DNA of 64,000 bases. Origin: Mayamaea pseudoterrestris. Lineage: Eukaryota. The position numbers were made by a program, and so were the translations under genes. Of this stretch, positions 36,192 through 47,396 are shown in pieces. The notes under the pieces are model-generated. The model saw nothing but the letters and a program-made list of their open reading frames with translations. It did not search any database and was not told the origin of the DNA. Every line of letters begins with the position of its first letter. Position 1 is the stretch's first letter. The stretch spans positions 62,001 through 126,000 of the forward strand of contig BROI01000020.1 of assembly GCA_027923505.1 (NCBI GenBank), in the 5' to 3' direction.

Positions 36192-37712
36192 TCATCGACG
36201 CGATTTCTTCAGTCGATTAGCAAACGGCTGCACCGTTGCGGCCCGGCGCTTCGTTGCGACAACTATTGTTTGGCCCCGCGTGCAAAGCAATGGATTCTCA
36301 CGCAAATGAATGTAAAGACAGTCCAGACTGTCATTGACCTGTGCAAGAACGCAGAAGCCAACGTGCTGATTCCTCGGATCCAACGCGATGTACTTGCGCC
36401 CTGCGGAATTCAATCGTAAAGAGGGTTCTAGTTCTCGTTCAAAGTTAGGATCCCAGCGGCTGCATAAATTGGTATCACGGAAAGATATTCTTTGAACGAC
36501 AATATTCTTCAGCGTAGCCTTTACAAGTGAGGGCGAACTGCATCGAGTATTAACCTTCTTGTTAAGGTAGCAGCGGAGGTCAATGACCTCAATGGTAGAG
36601 TTTGCAGTTAGACATTCTGCCAATGCATCACCGAAACCTGATGTAAAGCATGGAATAAAGAGCGACAGCTTTTTCATGGACAAACATTCACCCGCCCCTA
36701 CAGCGATATTACTCATGGCATTGGTAAAGGCGAGATCGTCCGGGGAAAATGATTTATAAGGAGCACCACACTGCAGTTCCTCGAGATGGCCCATGTAGGG
36801 GAGGACATCCGCCAAGTCGCTATAAAAATCTTCCTCAGACTGGTCTACAATCCGAACATGATCAAGTCTAAGTATTTTCAAGGGAGGCTGTGACAGTGCT
36901 TGGATCAAATGGGCTGAATACACAAACCTGCATTGCTTGATATGGAGACCGCCAACGTTGCAACATTCAATCCCATTGCACACGATATCGTTCCAAGTGT
37001 CGATTGAGAGCTTGAAACCATCCAAAACTACCTCAGCCGGCGTTGGTGCTTGCAGAACCTGAGCAATACCCTGGGCATCTTCAAGTATGAAAGGCACTTC
37101 ATCCCGCGTCATCACTACTCGCTTCAGCTTGGGCAGCATTGGCAAAGATTTGGCCAGATCTGGGTAATATCGAGGTTGAACCTCTAATTGAATAGTATGA
37201 ATAGACGGATGTCCTTCTAGGCTGAGCGCCAGGGCGTGTAGATTGTTGCCATACATGTGAGAGGAACGTCCGCTAATATTGACGCTGGTCACATGCTGTA
37301 GACGTCGAAAAAAGTATTGGTAGACCTCAGGGGCATTATCTTTTATCGTTACAGCTTTGATATTCTTGTTGGAGCCGATGCTAATACAAAAGAGATCAAG
37401 CGTTTCGGCAAGGTCATTATCTATTGAAATTCCCCAAACTGCGGGTACCTTCGTCAATGTCATGTGAGAAAATGTTACATGATCGACATGAGCCTGAGAT
37501 ATAGCCTCTAATAACTCTCCTTTTGTATCCTTTGGAAGTGACATATAGGTTTGCAGATAGTGCTGTTCAACGCGAAGGCTGATACGAGGTGGAGTAGCTC
37601 CTTCACGCGGCGTCCCCTTGCGGTTATTGGCCTTTTTGAGACGGCCGATCAATTTCAATGCGGGTTTTCCGACCTTCCAAATTATACAGGATGACATGTT
37701 TCTCCTTTTCAT
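36192..37712 (-). CDS. RNI-like leucine-rich-repeat protein (diatom-expanded type)
   Basis: Repeated LxxLxL units; C-terminal cap LRLNSAGRKYI..LDCLYIHLRENPLLC. Start codon uncertain. Confidence 0.72.
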   Translation of the reverse strand: MKRRNMSSCIIWKVGKPALKLIGRLKKANNRKGTPREGATPPRISLRVEQHYLQTYMSLPKDTKGELLEAISQAHVDHVTFSHMTLTKVPAVWGISIDNDLAETLDLFCISIGSNKNIKAVTIKDNAPEVYQYFFRRLQHVTSVNISGRSSHMYGNNLHALALSLEGHPSIHTIQLEVQPRYYPDLAKSLPMLPKLKRVVMTRDEVPFILEDAQGIAQVLQAPTPAEVVLDGFKLSIDTWNDIVCNGIECCNVGGLHIKQCRFVYSAHLIQALSQPPLKILRLDHVRIVDQSEEDFYSDLADVLPYMGHLEELQCGAPYKSFSPDDLAFTNAMSNIAVGAGECLSMKKLSLFIPCFTSGFGDALAECLTANSTIEVIDLRCYLNKKVNTRCSSPSLVKATLKNIVVQRISFRDTNLCSRWDPNFERELEPSLRLNSAGRKYIALDPRNQHVGFCVLAQVNDSLDCLYIHLRENPLLCTRGQTIVVATKRRAATVQPFANRLKKSRR

Positions 37713-37966
37713 GGATTTGTAACTGTTGTTTGTTTGGATCGCTGTAGTCTCGTTGCTAAAGAATGAGACGCGATGTGGGAGCTTTCGTCGTCGAGATTTT
37801 CGAGTAAATTGCAGTGTCTTACCGGTGAAATGTGTCGAACCGGTACTCAAGGAGTGTGGCGCGAAGAGACCTCTCCGTGCACCATGGCGTGTGACGGTGA
37901 CGATGGCGCGGATCGAACGTTCTAAATTCTACGGCCGATACCTATATCTTTCTTGGTTGCTTAAGC

Positions 37967-39166
37967 ATGACGTCTTGTACTATATGCGTATCATTCAATC
38001 ACTCAAATCATGAGAGAAAAAAGAGAAGAAGAGGCCCTTGCTGTAGAGGATTATATCTCTTGCCTCTCGTAACGGCAACCATTCCGAGGGCAGATACACT
38101 CTACTGCCAAGCTTTTACATTTCCTCTTACAGAATTCGCTCAGAGTACACGATGGAAAAGCTCAAAACGCAGAAGAAGCTTTCCATTTGCTCCAAATACC
38201 CTGCCATCGCCAGCAGCAGCACCAACCTTACTACAAATGTCACTCGTTCCACTCCAAGCCAGCGACTTGCAGCAGCTACTCGCCACTAAGGCTCCCACCG
38301 CCGAGCAGTATGCCAGCTACACTGGTCGCAGTCCGCGTGAAAAGTATGATCGTCTGCTGGAGTCGGCCATTGTGACGCTGCTGGGAACGACAATGTCGTA
38401 TTTCATGAGCTTTGTGTTGGGAAGTTTCGTGGCGACGCTCTTTGGAACGCTCTTTTTGTTTTGGGGCGTCCTTTCGCCGCAACTAAAGGCGTATCAACGG
38501 AACTGGGAGTTTCTGGGAGGACGAACGCTGATTGATTATCCGGAAATGGATGAGTATGCTGCTACCAGTGATGGGCTATTCTCCAATCGAGGCTTGTATG
38601 GATGCTTGTTTCTCGGTCGTCTTGTCAAGGTTTGCGTCGTCAACGGCGCTCGATCCAGAAAGGAGTACACCTTGGACGATTTCCAGGATTACCGCATGGA
38701 TGACGACGAGCAGGAACAGCTGACTGGTGATCCTTACTTGCTGCGCGTCACGTGCGTTGACGCCTACGACAAGACTCTTCAAGTCCATGCTCGACTCAGT
38801 CCAGAATATTTGGACTTGCAGCCAAACATGATGGTGACAGCAGTCTTGCTTTCAACCGATCCTACCTTTGAGACGCTTGCAGCGCTGACGGATTTGTACG
38901 TGCTGGATCAGGACGTTTGGATTGGCGACTATCCCTACTTGGACCGAGCCGAGCTGCAAGCGTTACTGCAGGAGGATGACGAAGTCTATCAAGCACTCTG
39001 TTTGGAGGAGGATGCAGCAGTAGCAGCAACAGCGGCGGACTTGGAGCAAGTAGCTTCATTCGAAGAACCATTGCTGCCGCGACGTGACGAAGGCAATGAT
39101 GACGACGAAAGTGGCAACAATGAACTCGTCTTGGCGCAACGACGGAGGCGCCGGCGATACCAATAA
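37967..39166 (+). CDS. Uncharacterised membrane protein, possibly plastid-targeted
   Basis: 399-aa ORF; CQA-FTFP ASAFAP-like motif; two TM helices; true start uncertain. Confidence 0.7.
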   Translation: MTSCTICVSFNHSNHERKKRRRGPCCRGLYLLPLVTATIPRADTLYCQAFTFPLTEFAQSTRWKSSKRRRSFPFAPNTLPSPAAAPTLLQMSLVPLQASDLQQLLATKAPTAEQYASYTGRSPREKYDRLLESAIVTLLGTTMSYFMSFVLGSFVATLFGTLFLFWGVLSPQLKAYQRNWEFLGGRTLIDYPEMDEYAATSDGLFSNRGLYGCLFLGRLVKVCVVNGARSRKEYTLDDFQDYRMDDDEQEQLTGDPYLLRVTCVDAYDKTLQVHARLSPEYLDLQPNMMVTAVLLSTDPTFETLAALTDLYVLDQDVWIGDYPYLDRAELQALLQEDDEVYQALCLEEDAAVAATAADLEQVASFEEPLLPRRDEGNDDDESGNNELVLAQRRRRRRYQ

Positions 39167-39337
39167 CTATTTCAACAATTTGAATATTTCGCTCAGCATC
39201 TACCATAGACATTCTATTACCATTATTTTTACAAATAACAAGTGTATGCATCTATCTGGTGTGTTAACAGTCAAAAAGTCAAAGCGAAGGGCAGCTGCCC
39301 CTCATCGTCTTCCACGACAAGTACAATCCAAACGAAA

Positions 39338-40980
39338 CTATGCTTCCGGTTTGGCGGCGCCTGGCCCCGTCGGAATAATTTCTCCAGCCTCCTCCAAAAC
39401 GGACTTAAAGTAGGCAATCGTCTTTTTCAGTCCATCTACCACCTTGACCTTTGGCTCCCAGTTGATCTTGGCCTTGGCCGTGCTAATATCGGGTCGTCGC
39501 TGCGACGGATCATCCTCCGACGCTGGAAGCAACTTGATTTCCGAACTAGTACTCGTCATTGTCTTGATATACGTGGCAAAGTCCTTGATGGTATACTCAC
39601 TTGGATTACCAAGATTGACTGGCAAGTCATAGTCACCATTCATGAGCGCATGCAAACCATCCACCAAATCCGAAACGTACTGAAACGACCGCGTCTGCGT
39701 ACCCGTTCCGTAAATCGTCATGTCTTTATTTTGCAGCGCCTGAATGATGAAATTACTCACGACGCGGCCATCGTTGGGATGCATGCGCGGCCCAAAGGTG
39801 TTGAAAATGCGCGCCACGCGCACGCTCACCTCGTTTTGGTTGCGATAGGAATACATCATGGTTTCCGCCACGCGCTTGCCTTCGTCGTAGCACGACCGCG
39901 GTCCAATCGTGTTGACATTGCCCCAGTAGCTTTCCTTCTGCGGGTGCTCCTTGGGGTCGCCGTATATTTCCGATGTACTGGTCAGTAGCATGCGCGCCTT
40001 GACGCGCTTGGCCAAGCCAAGCATGTTCAAGGTTCCCATGGTGCTGGTTTTGATGGTCTTGACGGGGTTGTACTGGTAGTGAGGAGGTGATGCGGGACAT
40101 GCCAAGTGGTAGATTTGATCGACTTCCAGCATGATTGGTTCCGTCACGTCGTGGGTAATGAGGCTGTTGAAAAATGAATAGGCAAATGTATGGTGAGAGA
40201 AATTCAATTAGACAATATTACACCATTCCACATTATATATACACTTCAAAACAACACAAACCTAAAATTGGGATGATGCAGCCAGTGCGCAATGTTCTTT
40301 TTCTGGCCCGTGAAAAAATTGTCCACCACCACCACTTCATGTCCCTCCATCATGAGCTTGTCCACCAAGTGACTTCCCACAAAACCGGCGCCACCCGTGA
40401 CTAGCACCTTGAGTCGCTGATGGTCCGGCAGTCGCGGCGTTTTCATAATGTAGGGAGTCGTTGGCGTGGGCAGTGACTGACTCGCTAAAACGTTGCGGTC
40501 CTCCATTAAGCGCTTCTCGGCGTCGGTGAGTGAAGCAGTCTTGTCGGATGCAACCGATACATCTAGGTTGCGCGGCGGGGCTGGTTGACTGTCGCCGTTG
40601 ACGACGCGCAAGTTTGGTGTTTGTGACGTGGTGTAGAGACTGCCGCTCCGATGAGTGTCGTACAAGCGAAACGATGGTTGCTCCGGCAATTGTCCCAGGA
40701 CGTGGTCCACGTCAAACTCCACGAGCATGACTGGCACGGCAATGTAGCCAAGCAGCACTCCGACGAGTAGCAGCAAGATGGATTTGTTATTGGCAATGGA
40801 GGAGCAGCAGCGAATGAATGGACTGCTATTAGTCGTCGTTCTTCTAGCAACGCGTTGGTGGCTGCTGCTGCCGCTCGTGCTTCGCAACGGAGTAATCTGG
40901 CGGCGATTGGTTGGTGAAGATGATGATGAGACTGATGACGCTGGTGGAGGTATGCCTCCTGCTGCGCGGCGAAGGTTCAT
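39338..40980 (-). CDS. UXS1: UDP-glucuronate decarboxylase (UDP-xylose synthase), type II membrane; intron 40164-40261
   Basis: [55 protein letters not shown]; a GT-AG intron joins the two ORFs (NFS-LITHD). Confidence 0.96.
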
Positions 40981-41278
40981 GCTAATGTGATGCTAGCAGC
41001 AGTAGCAATACAGGGTAGCGTAGCAATGGCGAGGATTTGTGCCTTGGTCCTTGGTTGCGGCAAGCAAGTGCGCGCTCGCGCGGCGTTTTTCATGGCGCGC
41101 AAAATAAATGACCGAAAGTCGGAACGGTACTCACTCAGGTACCGCTGCGATGATGTAATGATACGATCATTGAAGTTTCACCATGACAGCCTCCCATTCT
41201 TTTTTCTTTCTACCAAGCGGCGACAGACTCGACCACGCACAAGCGACTGCATTTGCGAAAAAGCAGTTTGAACTTACC

Positions 41279-42352
41279 ATGAATTTCTTGTCCATCAGTA
41301 TACTGCTGTCGGCACTGACTCTGTCCCATGGCTTTCATCATGCTACCAGTTTTCATCAATCGTTTCGTTCGAACCATCAGCAGCAGCCATCACAAAACAA
41401 TCATCATTGGCAGCATCATTCCTTGAGTAGTCTCGGTTTAACGAGCCGCCATGAAGAATCAAGCAATGATGACGCAGCAGCGTCAATGCAGCAGAGTAGA
41501 AGAAGCGTACTTTCGTCTGCTGCGGCTGCAACGATTGGTGCCGTCTGTACGGCAACGACGACGAGTCCCACTGCAGCTCTCGCTGCCACGGACGAGAACG
41601 ACTTTGCCTCCATTCAGGCGCGCGCCAGCAAAATACAGTCGGACCTTGGACAAGACTCGAGTGGAGCAACTAGCACGAATCGGTCCGACAAGACGGCGTA
41701 CGACTTTTCGCTGCCCATTCAAGGCAAGGATACGCTACTGACTGACATTATCAAGCAACAATCAATTTCATCAAGCCAAGACCAATCTAGTAGTAGCGGC
41801 GTCAAGGCTATTGTCGTTGTCAACATTAAGCAGGACGATCCCATTGCCCGCAAAACGATTCCCGAACTCATTTCACTCGCCGCCAAGTACGGTCGGGGCG
41901 ACAATCCCCAACTCGCCATTATCATTTCCCCCACCGACCAAGGCTACTACGAACCCGACACGTCCCAACTCATTCGCCTCAAACTCGCCTCCGAGTACGG
42001 CTACGGCATTAATCCATCCACCATTATCACCGACAAGGTGAATCTGCTTGGCACAGGCGCTCACCCCTTTTGGCGGTGGCTGCAAAGCAACTGCCGCACA
42101 CCCGCCGGTGTCGGTCGCATTGAAGGCAATTTTGAAAAGTTTTTGATCGACGCCCGCACCGGACAGCCGCTGCGGCGGTACCCGCGCAAGTACTCGCCAT
42201 TGAGCATGGAGGACGACATTTTGGCAACCTTGCAGGGCCGGCCGCTGCCGCCGGCGCGGGCCAACTGGCAGGAGGAGTGGCGGGAGAGCGCCACGGATGC
42301 CAAGACGAACACGTATCGGTTCGAAAAGGGACTCAACTATTTTGATCAATAG
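41279..42352 (+). CDS. Glutathione-peroxidase-fold protein lacking the catalytic Cys; probable thylakoid-lumen targeting
   Basis: AYDFSL, HPFWRWL and GNFEKFLID GPx motifs; signal peptide, transit peptide, then SRRSVL twin-arginine, hydrophobic stretch and ALA. Confidence 0.8.
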   Translation: MNFLSISILLSALTLSHGFHHATSFHQSFRSNHQQQPSQNNHHWQHHSLSSLGLTSRHEESSNDDAAASMQQSRRSVLSSAAAATIGAVCTATTTSPTAALAATDENDFASIQARASKIQSDLGQDSSGATSTNRSDKTAYDFSLPIQGKDTLLTDIIKQQSISSSQDQSSSSGVKAIVVVNIKQDDPIARKTIPELISLAAKYGRGDNPQLAIIISPTDQGYYEPDTSQLIRLKLASEYGYGINPSTIITDKVNLLGTGAHPFWRWLQSNCRTPAGVGRIEGNFEKFLIDARTGQPLRRYPRKYSPLSMEDDILATLQGRPLPPARANWQEEWRESATDAKTNTYRFEKGLNYFDQ

Positions 42353-42620
42353 ATGGATAGATAGAAAGTTAATGGTATGGAGAGTGTTTTACAACTGCTT
42401 GGTCGTTAGGTTCGTCACTGTTGCACGCACAAATACGGTACGGTCGAACGTTTCCTCTTAATACTTTATTCAATAACAAAGGTAGATCATCTTTTCTTCG
42501 TCTCAGCTGGTATTACCAACTACATTGAGCCAACAATGATCCATTCGTGTTGGAACTAACCGCATCACCCAATGAACCGGTACGACATTTTAAAAAAAAT
42601 TAGCTCGACCACCGATTCGC

Positions 42621-44378
42621 ATGGAACAAATCGATACATCGGCACTTTTGACCATGACAAAAAAGAGGCGCAGTAACAATCTTCAGGTTGGCTTGTCTGT
42701 GAGCGCTAAACGTGCCGCAGCAGGAGACGTGGAGGACTGCCTGGCGGAGCTGGAGCAGTTGCAGAACGCTGGACTTGCACCAGCAGGCGCTGCCGTCGCA
42801 GTCAATGCCGCATCATTGCCAGCAGTGAAGCGCTCCAAGCTTGTTCATTTAGAAGCATCTCCGGCATCTTCAGACAATACAAAAATTAATGCTAATCTTC
42901 TGTGGGATGTGACATTGACGAAACCTCGACTGACAAAGGATGCGATGGAACGAACGCAAGCGTGGAACAACTCACTGCATCTTTGGATTACCCAAGGCAC
43001 GTATACGCCAGGGCTCTTGCCGTCGTTTGAAACGGAAGTAGCCCGACATTTTCAAGTCGAAAAGCTATCAAAGTATCTTTTGGAGACTTGTAGGGGATTA
43101 AAAATGCCAGCCTTTGAGCGATGGTTGCTCGACGCCAAACTCGAGGAGAAACAACGAGCTAAAGATTTTGCGCATGCAGCAACTGATGCAATTCTCCCTA
43201 ACGCTCAACCCAACTACAAGGCATGCCAACGACTAGTGGAGGAAATGGTTGAGTCGGGACTGGATCAAAAGGTTGCTAGCAAATACATGAAGGAACTGTG
43301 TCGACTTGCCACCACGGCCGTGACGGAAGTGGTTTCGCAGAGCCGAAGGTACGCTCACAAGATTCCACTCCACAAAGGCGACAAGATTGAACTGGAGAAG
43401 CACGACAAGATTTATTCGCTCCTCTACGCTAGCAAACGGTACAAGAAGCCCTTTTGCATTCGGCTCGCCAAGACGCACTACGAAAAGCTGCACCAAATGT
43501 TTCTTCACACTCACAATCATCACTCGCAAGCATCAAACAAACTACCATCTGTGTTGCGCGGAAAAGCGCTACATGCCTTTCACTACATTATCATGACGGT
43601 TCTGTTGCGCTACTCGTCGCTTAGTGGCGGCCAGCTGTTGCTGGAAATGCGGGGAGGTGGCATGCAGGGAGCCATTCATGGACAAGTATTTGAGGTCTTA
43701 CGCAAGTCTTTTTCGGAAGGACCTATGCTAGAGTGCTTTGCATCGCCGCTCAATGCCTACTTGCCGTCGTTTGGGTCGGCTTTTCCGGAGATTGACTGGC
43801 ACTTTGGGTCAGTAGGTGATTTTGCGCAGCAAACTGTCTCAAGTGGATGTTGCGAGGCTAATCCCCCATTTACGCCTGGAATTATGCACGCCATGGCGGA
43901 GCAAATAGAGGAATGTTTGGCGGAAGCCAATCGCAAGCACAAAACACTCACGTTTGCAGTCATTGTTCCGACCGTACCAGATGATGTCACCAAGGCTGCT
44001 TGCGCCAAGCGATTTGCTGCCACTCCGTTTCGACGCATGACGGCAAGTGCAAGCTGTCGACATCATCTTGTCCTTGCTGCAAGAGAGCATGGATATATTG
44101 CAGGAGCGCAACATTTAAAGACGACGCGATACAAGTATAGCATATTTGACACTAGTCTAATAATGCTGCAGAGCGATGAGAGTTTAAAGGTGCCACTGCC
44201 AGATGGTTTTGAGGAGCGAATTCGAGAGGCGTTTCAAAGTCGGCATTTAAGCGAAGTGGGCAAACTGAAAAAGCAGGACATTAGTTTGACGGAAAGTATG
44301 AACGATGACGAGTCAACGGGAAATGCTTCCGCTACTGACTCGCCAGATGACGACTCGGACAATGATGGCAAGGGGTGA
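42621..44378 (+). CDS. PCIF1: PCIF1/CAPAM-like cap-specific adenosine N6-methyltransferase
   Basis: LLRYS..MQGA, ECFASPLN, FGSVGDF, catalytic EANPPF, FAVIVP. Confidence 0.85.
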   Translation: MEQIDTSALLTMTKKRRSNNLQVGLSVSAKRAAAGDVEDCLAELEQLQNAGLAPAGAAVAVNAASLPAVKRSKLVHLEASPASSDNTKINANLLWDVTLTKPRLTKDAMERTQAWNNSLHLWITQGTYTPGLLPSFETEVARHFQVEKLSKYLLETCRGLKMPAFERWLLDAKLEEKQRAKDFAHAATDAILPNAQPNYKACQRLVEEMVESGLDQKVASKYMKELCRLATTAVTEVVSQSRRYAHKIPLHKGDKIELEKHDKIYSLLYASKRYKKPFCIRLAKTHYEKLHQMFLHTHNHHSQASNKLPSVLRGKALHAFHYIIMTVLLRYSSLSGGQLLLEMRGGGMQGAIHGQVFEVLRKSFSEGPMLECFASPLNAYLPSFGSAFPEIDWHFGSVGDFAQQTVSSGCCEANPPFTPGIMHAMAEQIEECLAEANRKHKTLTFAVIVPTVPDDVTKAACAKRFAATPFRRMTASASCRHHLVLAAREHGYIAGAQHLKTTRYKYSIFDTSLIMLQSDESLKVPLPDGFEERIREAFQSRHLSEVGKLKKQDISLTESMNDDESTGNASATDSPDDDSDNDGKG

Positions 44379-44438
44379 CGGAACTCGAGTCGCATCATTA
44401 AAGTCGTTGCTTACACAAATTTTAGCTCGTTGTGTCTA

Positions 44439-45560
44439 CTATTTAACAAGATGAAGTTCTAAGCAACTCGCCAGGGGCATCTCGTCGGTTCCTCTCCATG
44501 ACTGCTGTCGGTATGGCACGTCCGACTTCCAGATCACCAGGCGATCCCTATGGACTTCTACAACCTCTCCTGACTCATCTCCAAAGGACAGTCTGCCGCC
44601 ATATTCCCAGCCCTCTGGCACAGCAAAGTAAATCATACTCAGTCGCCTCGCATCATCGTCGTCAATGCGTACCGTTCGAAATGGTTTCCAAGGCGCTTCA
44701 GGTTCGGAGTACGATTCGTTCTTGCCAGTCAATAGTTGCACACTTGCCAGCCATGACTTGCGGCTAAACGTTCGCATGTTAGCCATGGTTTTTGTCTTGT
44801 CCAAGTGGTCACCAGGAAAATGTTTTGTTGTTGAAACAATAAACTCAATTGATCGCGGACACTGTTTGTATTGATCTTGTCCGCCTTGAATGCTTGTCAT
44901 GTATTCGCCTAGTCCGATCGCATCCATGTCGGCTTGCATGAGTTCATTTTCAAATAGTGACTTGCCTTCAAGCTCAATTTTTGTGACAATATCACTGGAT
45001 TTTAAAAAATTGTCAATGTAGATGTATCCCTTGTCGTCAAGTGCCTTGACGAGAGCCAGTTCGTCCAAGAGTTCCACACGTTCTCGAATCAAAGTGAGCA
45101 TTTTGACAGACTCTCGCTGAGACCGTAGTAGCTGTTTTGCTTTTGAATCAGTCTCTTCAAGAGAGCTGGTGGTTTGCAATGCTTCATTCTTTGATATTCC
45201 GGCATCCTTGTGGTCGGCCCGAATTTTTGGTGGAGGTAATCTGGAGTATGGATTCGCATGTTGTTGCAATCGCTTCGCTCGATTCTTTCGTCGTTGCGCC
45301 ATGGATGGCTTCTTTGCGTGCAAGATAGACACATGTTTTAGCCTTCGAAGGGCGTACTTGTGTTTTCGAGTGACGAATGCCGATGTGGAATCCATCATGG
45401 CAGCCATCACCAGAACGAGCAGAAATACAAAGGCAAACGAGTCAAAATTTCTTTTGCACCGATTGAGAATCCTTTTACTTAGTGCTTCCTTATGGAAGTC
45501 TTCTCGCATGGTTATGTTGCTCGTTAACATCAAATAACGGCCGATGGATATCATGAACAA
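44439..45560 (-). CDS. 2OG-Fe(II) oxygenase (EGLN/prolyl-hydroxylase)-fold protein, probably plastid-targeted
   Basis: GYIYIDNFL, RRLSMIYF..W..GGRL, DRLVIW; TSA-FVT motif; start uncertain. Confidence 0.6.
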   Translation of the reverse strand: MFMISIGRYLMLTSNITMREDFHKEALSKRILNRCKRNFDSFAFVFLLVLVMAAMMDSTSAFVTRKHKYALRRLKHVSILHAKKPSMAQRRKNRAKRLQQHANPYSRLPPPKIRADHKDAGISKNEALQTTSSLEETDSKAKQLLRSQRESVKMLTLIRERVELLDELALVKALDDKGYIYIDNFLKSSDIVTKIELEGKSLFENELMQADMDAIGLGEYMTSIQGGQDQYKQCPRSIEFIVSTTKHFPGDHLDKTKTMANMRTFSRKSWLASVQLLTGKNESYSEPEAPWKPFRTVRIDDDDARRLSMIYFAVPEGWEYGGRLSFGDESGEVVEVHRDRLVIWKSDVPYRQQSWRGTDEMPLASCLELHLVK

Positions 45561-45713
45561 TCAGCTCAAACTCTCGGAACGGAGGGCGGCTTCTGTGCGA
45601 ATGTAAGTACCGGTACGACTTTATGAAAGTGCGTCATCGTCTGTCCGTCGCTTTCACTCCGGCGCGCTCGAATCGCGACGGAATCTTCTCGCAACGCTTT
45701 CACAAGTTCGACC

Positions 45714-46096
45714 ATGATGCTTTATACCTCTCGCTGCGCCGCTCGATCCCTCGCTTGCCGTCGATGCCTTTCGACAGTGGCAGCTCCAAAGATGCACAAG
45801 GCTAAGGGTAACTGGGACACCCTTAAGGCCAAGCGTCCAATTGATCACGATGAACTTCATGTACGTAATGAAAGTGCAGAGCGGTTTTGTTTCTATTCAC
45901 TGCATGTAAGATTCCAGATTCCCTGACTGCCAACACTATTTTTGTCCGCCTACTTGCCCTTTAGAAAGTCTTTCATCCTCCGTTCAACCGTGCCGTAGTG
46001 GGTGGAATGATTGTTAGTGTCATTGCACTTGGCTGGGGCAGCATGGCGTATGGATTCATACATCAACAATACAAGCAAGGCTATTACAAAAAGTAG
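45714..46096 (+). CDS. Small mitochondrial single-TM protein (92 aa), COX7c-like; intron 45861-45964
   Basis: Arg-rich presequence; splicing gives ..DELH-KVFHPPFNRAVVGGMIVSVIALGWGSMAYGFIHQQYKQGYYKK*. Confidence 0.7.
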
Positions 46097-47396
46097 GACT
46101 TTGATCTCTCGGGAAATCCTTCTACCTTGTCAATGATCTCTATTATAAATCTATCAGCCACTTATAATAGTATCTTCGTATCATTTCTTCCTTGTCACTC
46201 TTAGTTTGTATACATCAGAGTTCTTCCACGAGCATGGCTTTGATCATCTCCTTGGTTGTGCCATGTCCACACCAAACTTGTCGCTTGTATTAAGTGGCCT
46301 TTAGTGTGAGCTTGTCCATATAGTAGCAATGAAAAAAGGCTCGCATTAATTGGCGCAACTCCAAATCGCTGGGAAGTTTGCATGTTCAGGCATTCTCGTT
46401 GGATGATATCTCATCGTCGTTGGTGGTCCTTGCAGTCACGCTTCCACTTCCTATTAGCTGGTGACTTGGCAGTGCTACACGCACTGCTGTTGATTTCAAA
46501 AGCAATGAGTGCATATTTGGAAGGTGCACCCAAGAAATTGAGCAAGCAAGCTTGTCATGTCGGCCTCGTCGATTAAATGGCCAGCGCGTCGCAAATTACA
46601 TGATGTTGGAGACGCTGACCTTGTATGCCTTTTTGAATTATGTTTGCCTTTAACTGCAAAAAGTTAGGAGTGAGAGCAAATTGTGCTGTTGTCCTTAAAA
46701 CAGATTCATTGGCATCACGATCAGCATCAGCAATCTCTTCGGCGACTGGACTGGTTCCATTTGCTCTTCCTGTGCTGTTACAAAGCTTAGCTCATGGTCG
46801 TCTTTGTCGTCAACTATCCCTGCATCTGTACCATATTTATCCAGAATATACATGTTGCTGTGAACTGGTCCCGCGCGCGGTGTGCTTCAACGCAAAGGTT
46901 ACGAAAGTAGAAAACGAGGGTCGAAATTCAAGATGTTGTGGTCGTCAAAGCGAATGTGTGTGTTGCTCTGCGCGCCAGCATTGCTTCAACGGAGATTTCA
47001 AATTTGAAACCGACGCGAGCATCGCCACAATTGCCCAAATACCGGTACGACGGATCGCCAATAGGTTGAAATCGATATCAGGTCGCTTTGGCAAGGACTA
47101 AAGGAAGCGTCGAAGAGCTATGACTAATAGTCATGGCACGACCACTGCGAAGCAATACAAGCTGTAACTTGATTGTATCATACTCCTATACAATGGGTTG
47201 ATTGAGTTGCATAGGTACGGTAGCCTCGTCGTCTCGTACCGATGTTGTTTCAATCGTCCGCGAGGATGAACTTTAATGGAATGTTCTTTGCCTGAAAGTT
47301 TGCAACGTTCAGATTTTTGGGCTGTTGAGAGCCGAAGGACACAAGCCCGCACATTTTTTGTTTGTGTTAAGCGAGCCAGTGACTTGATTTTCTCTC

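Noticed and set aside
39242..39988. 248-aa antisense ORF, and similar shadow ORFs over other genes
   Set aside because: Lies opposite a well-conserved gene (UXS); expected from codon bias and has no motifs.
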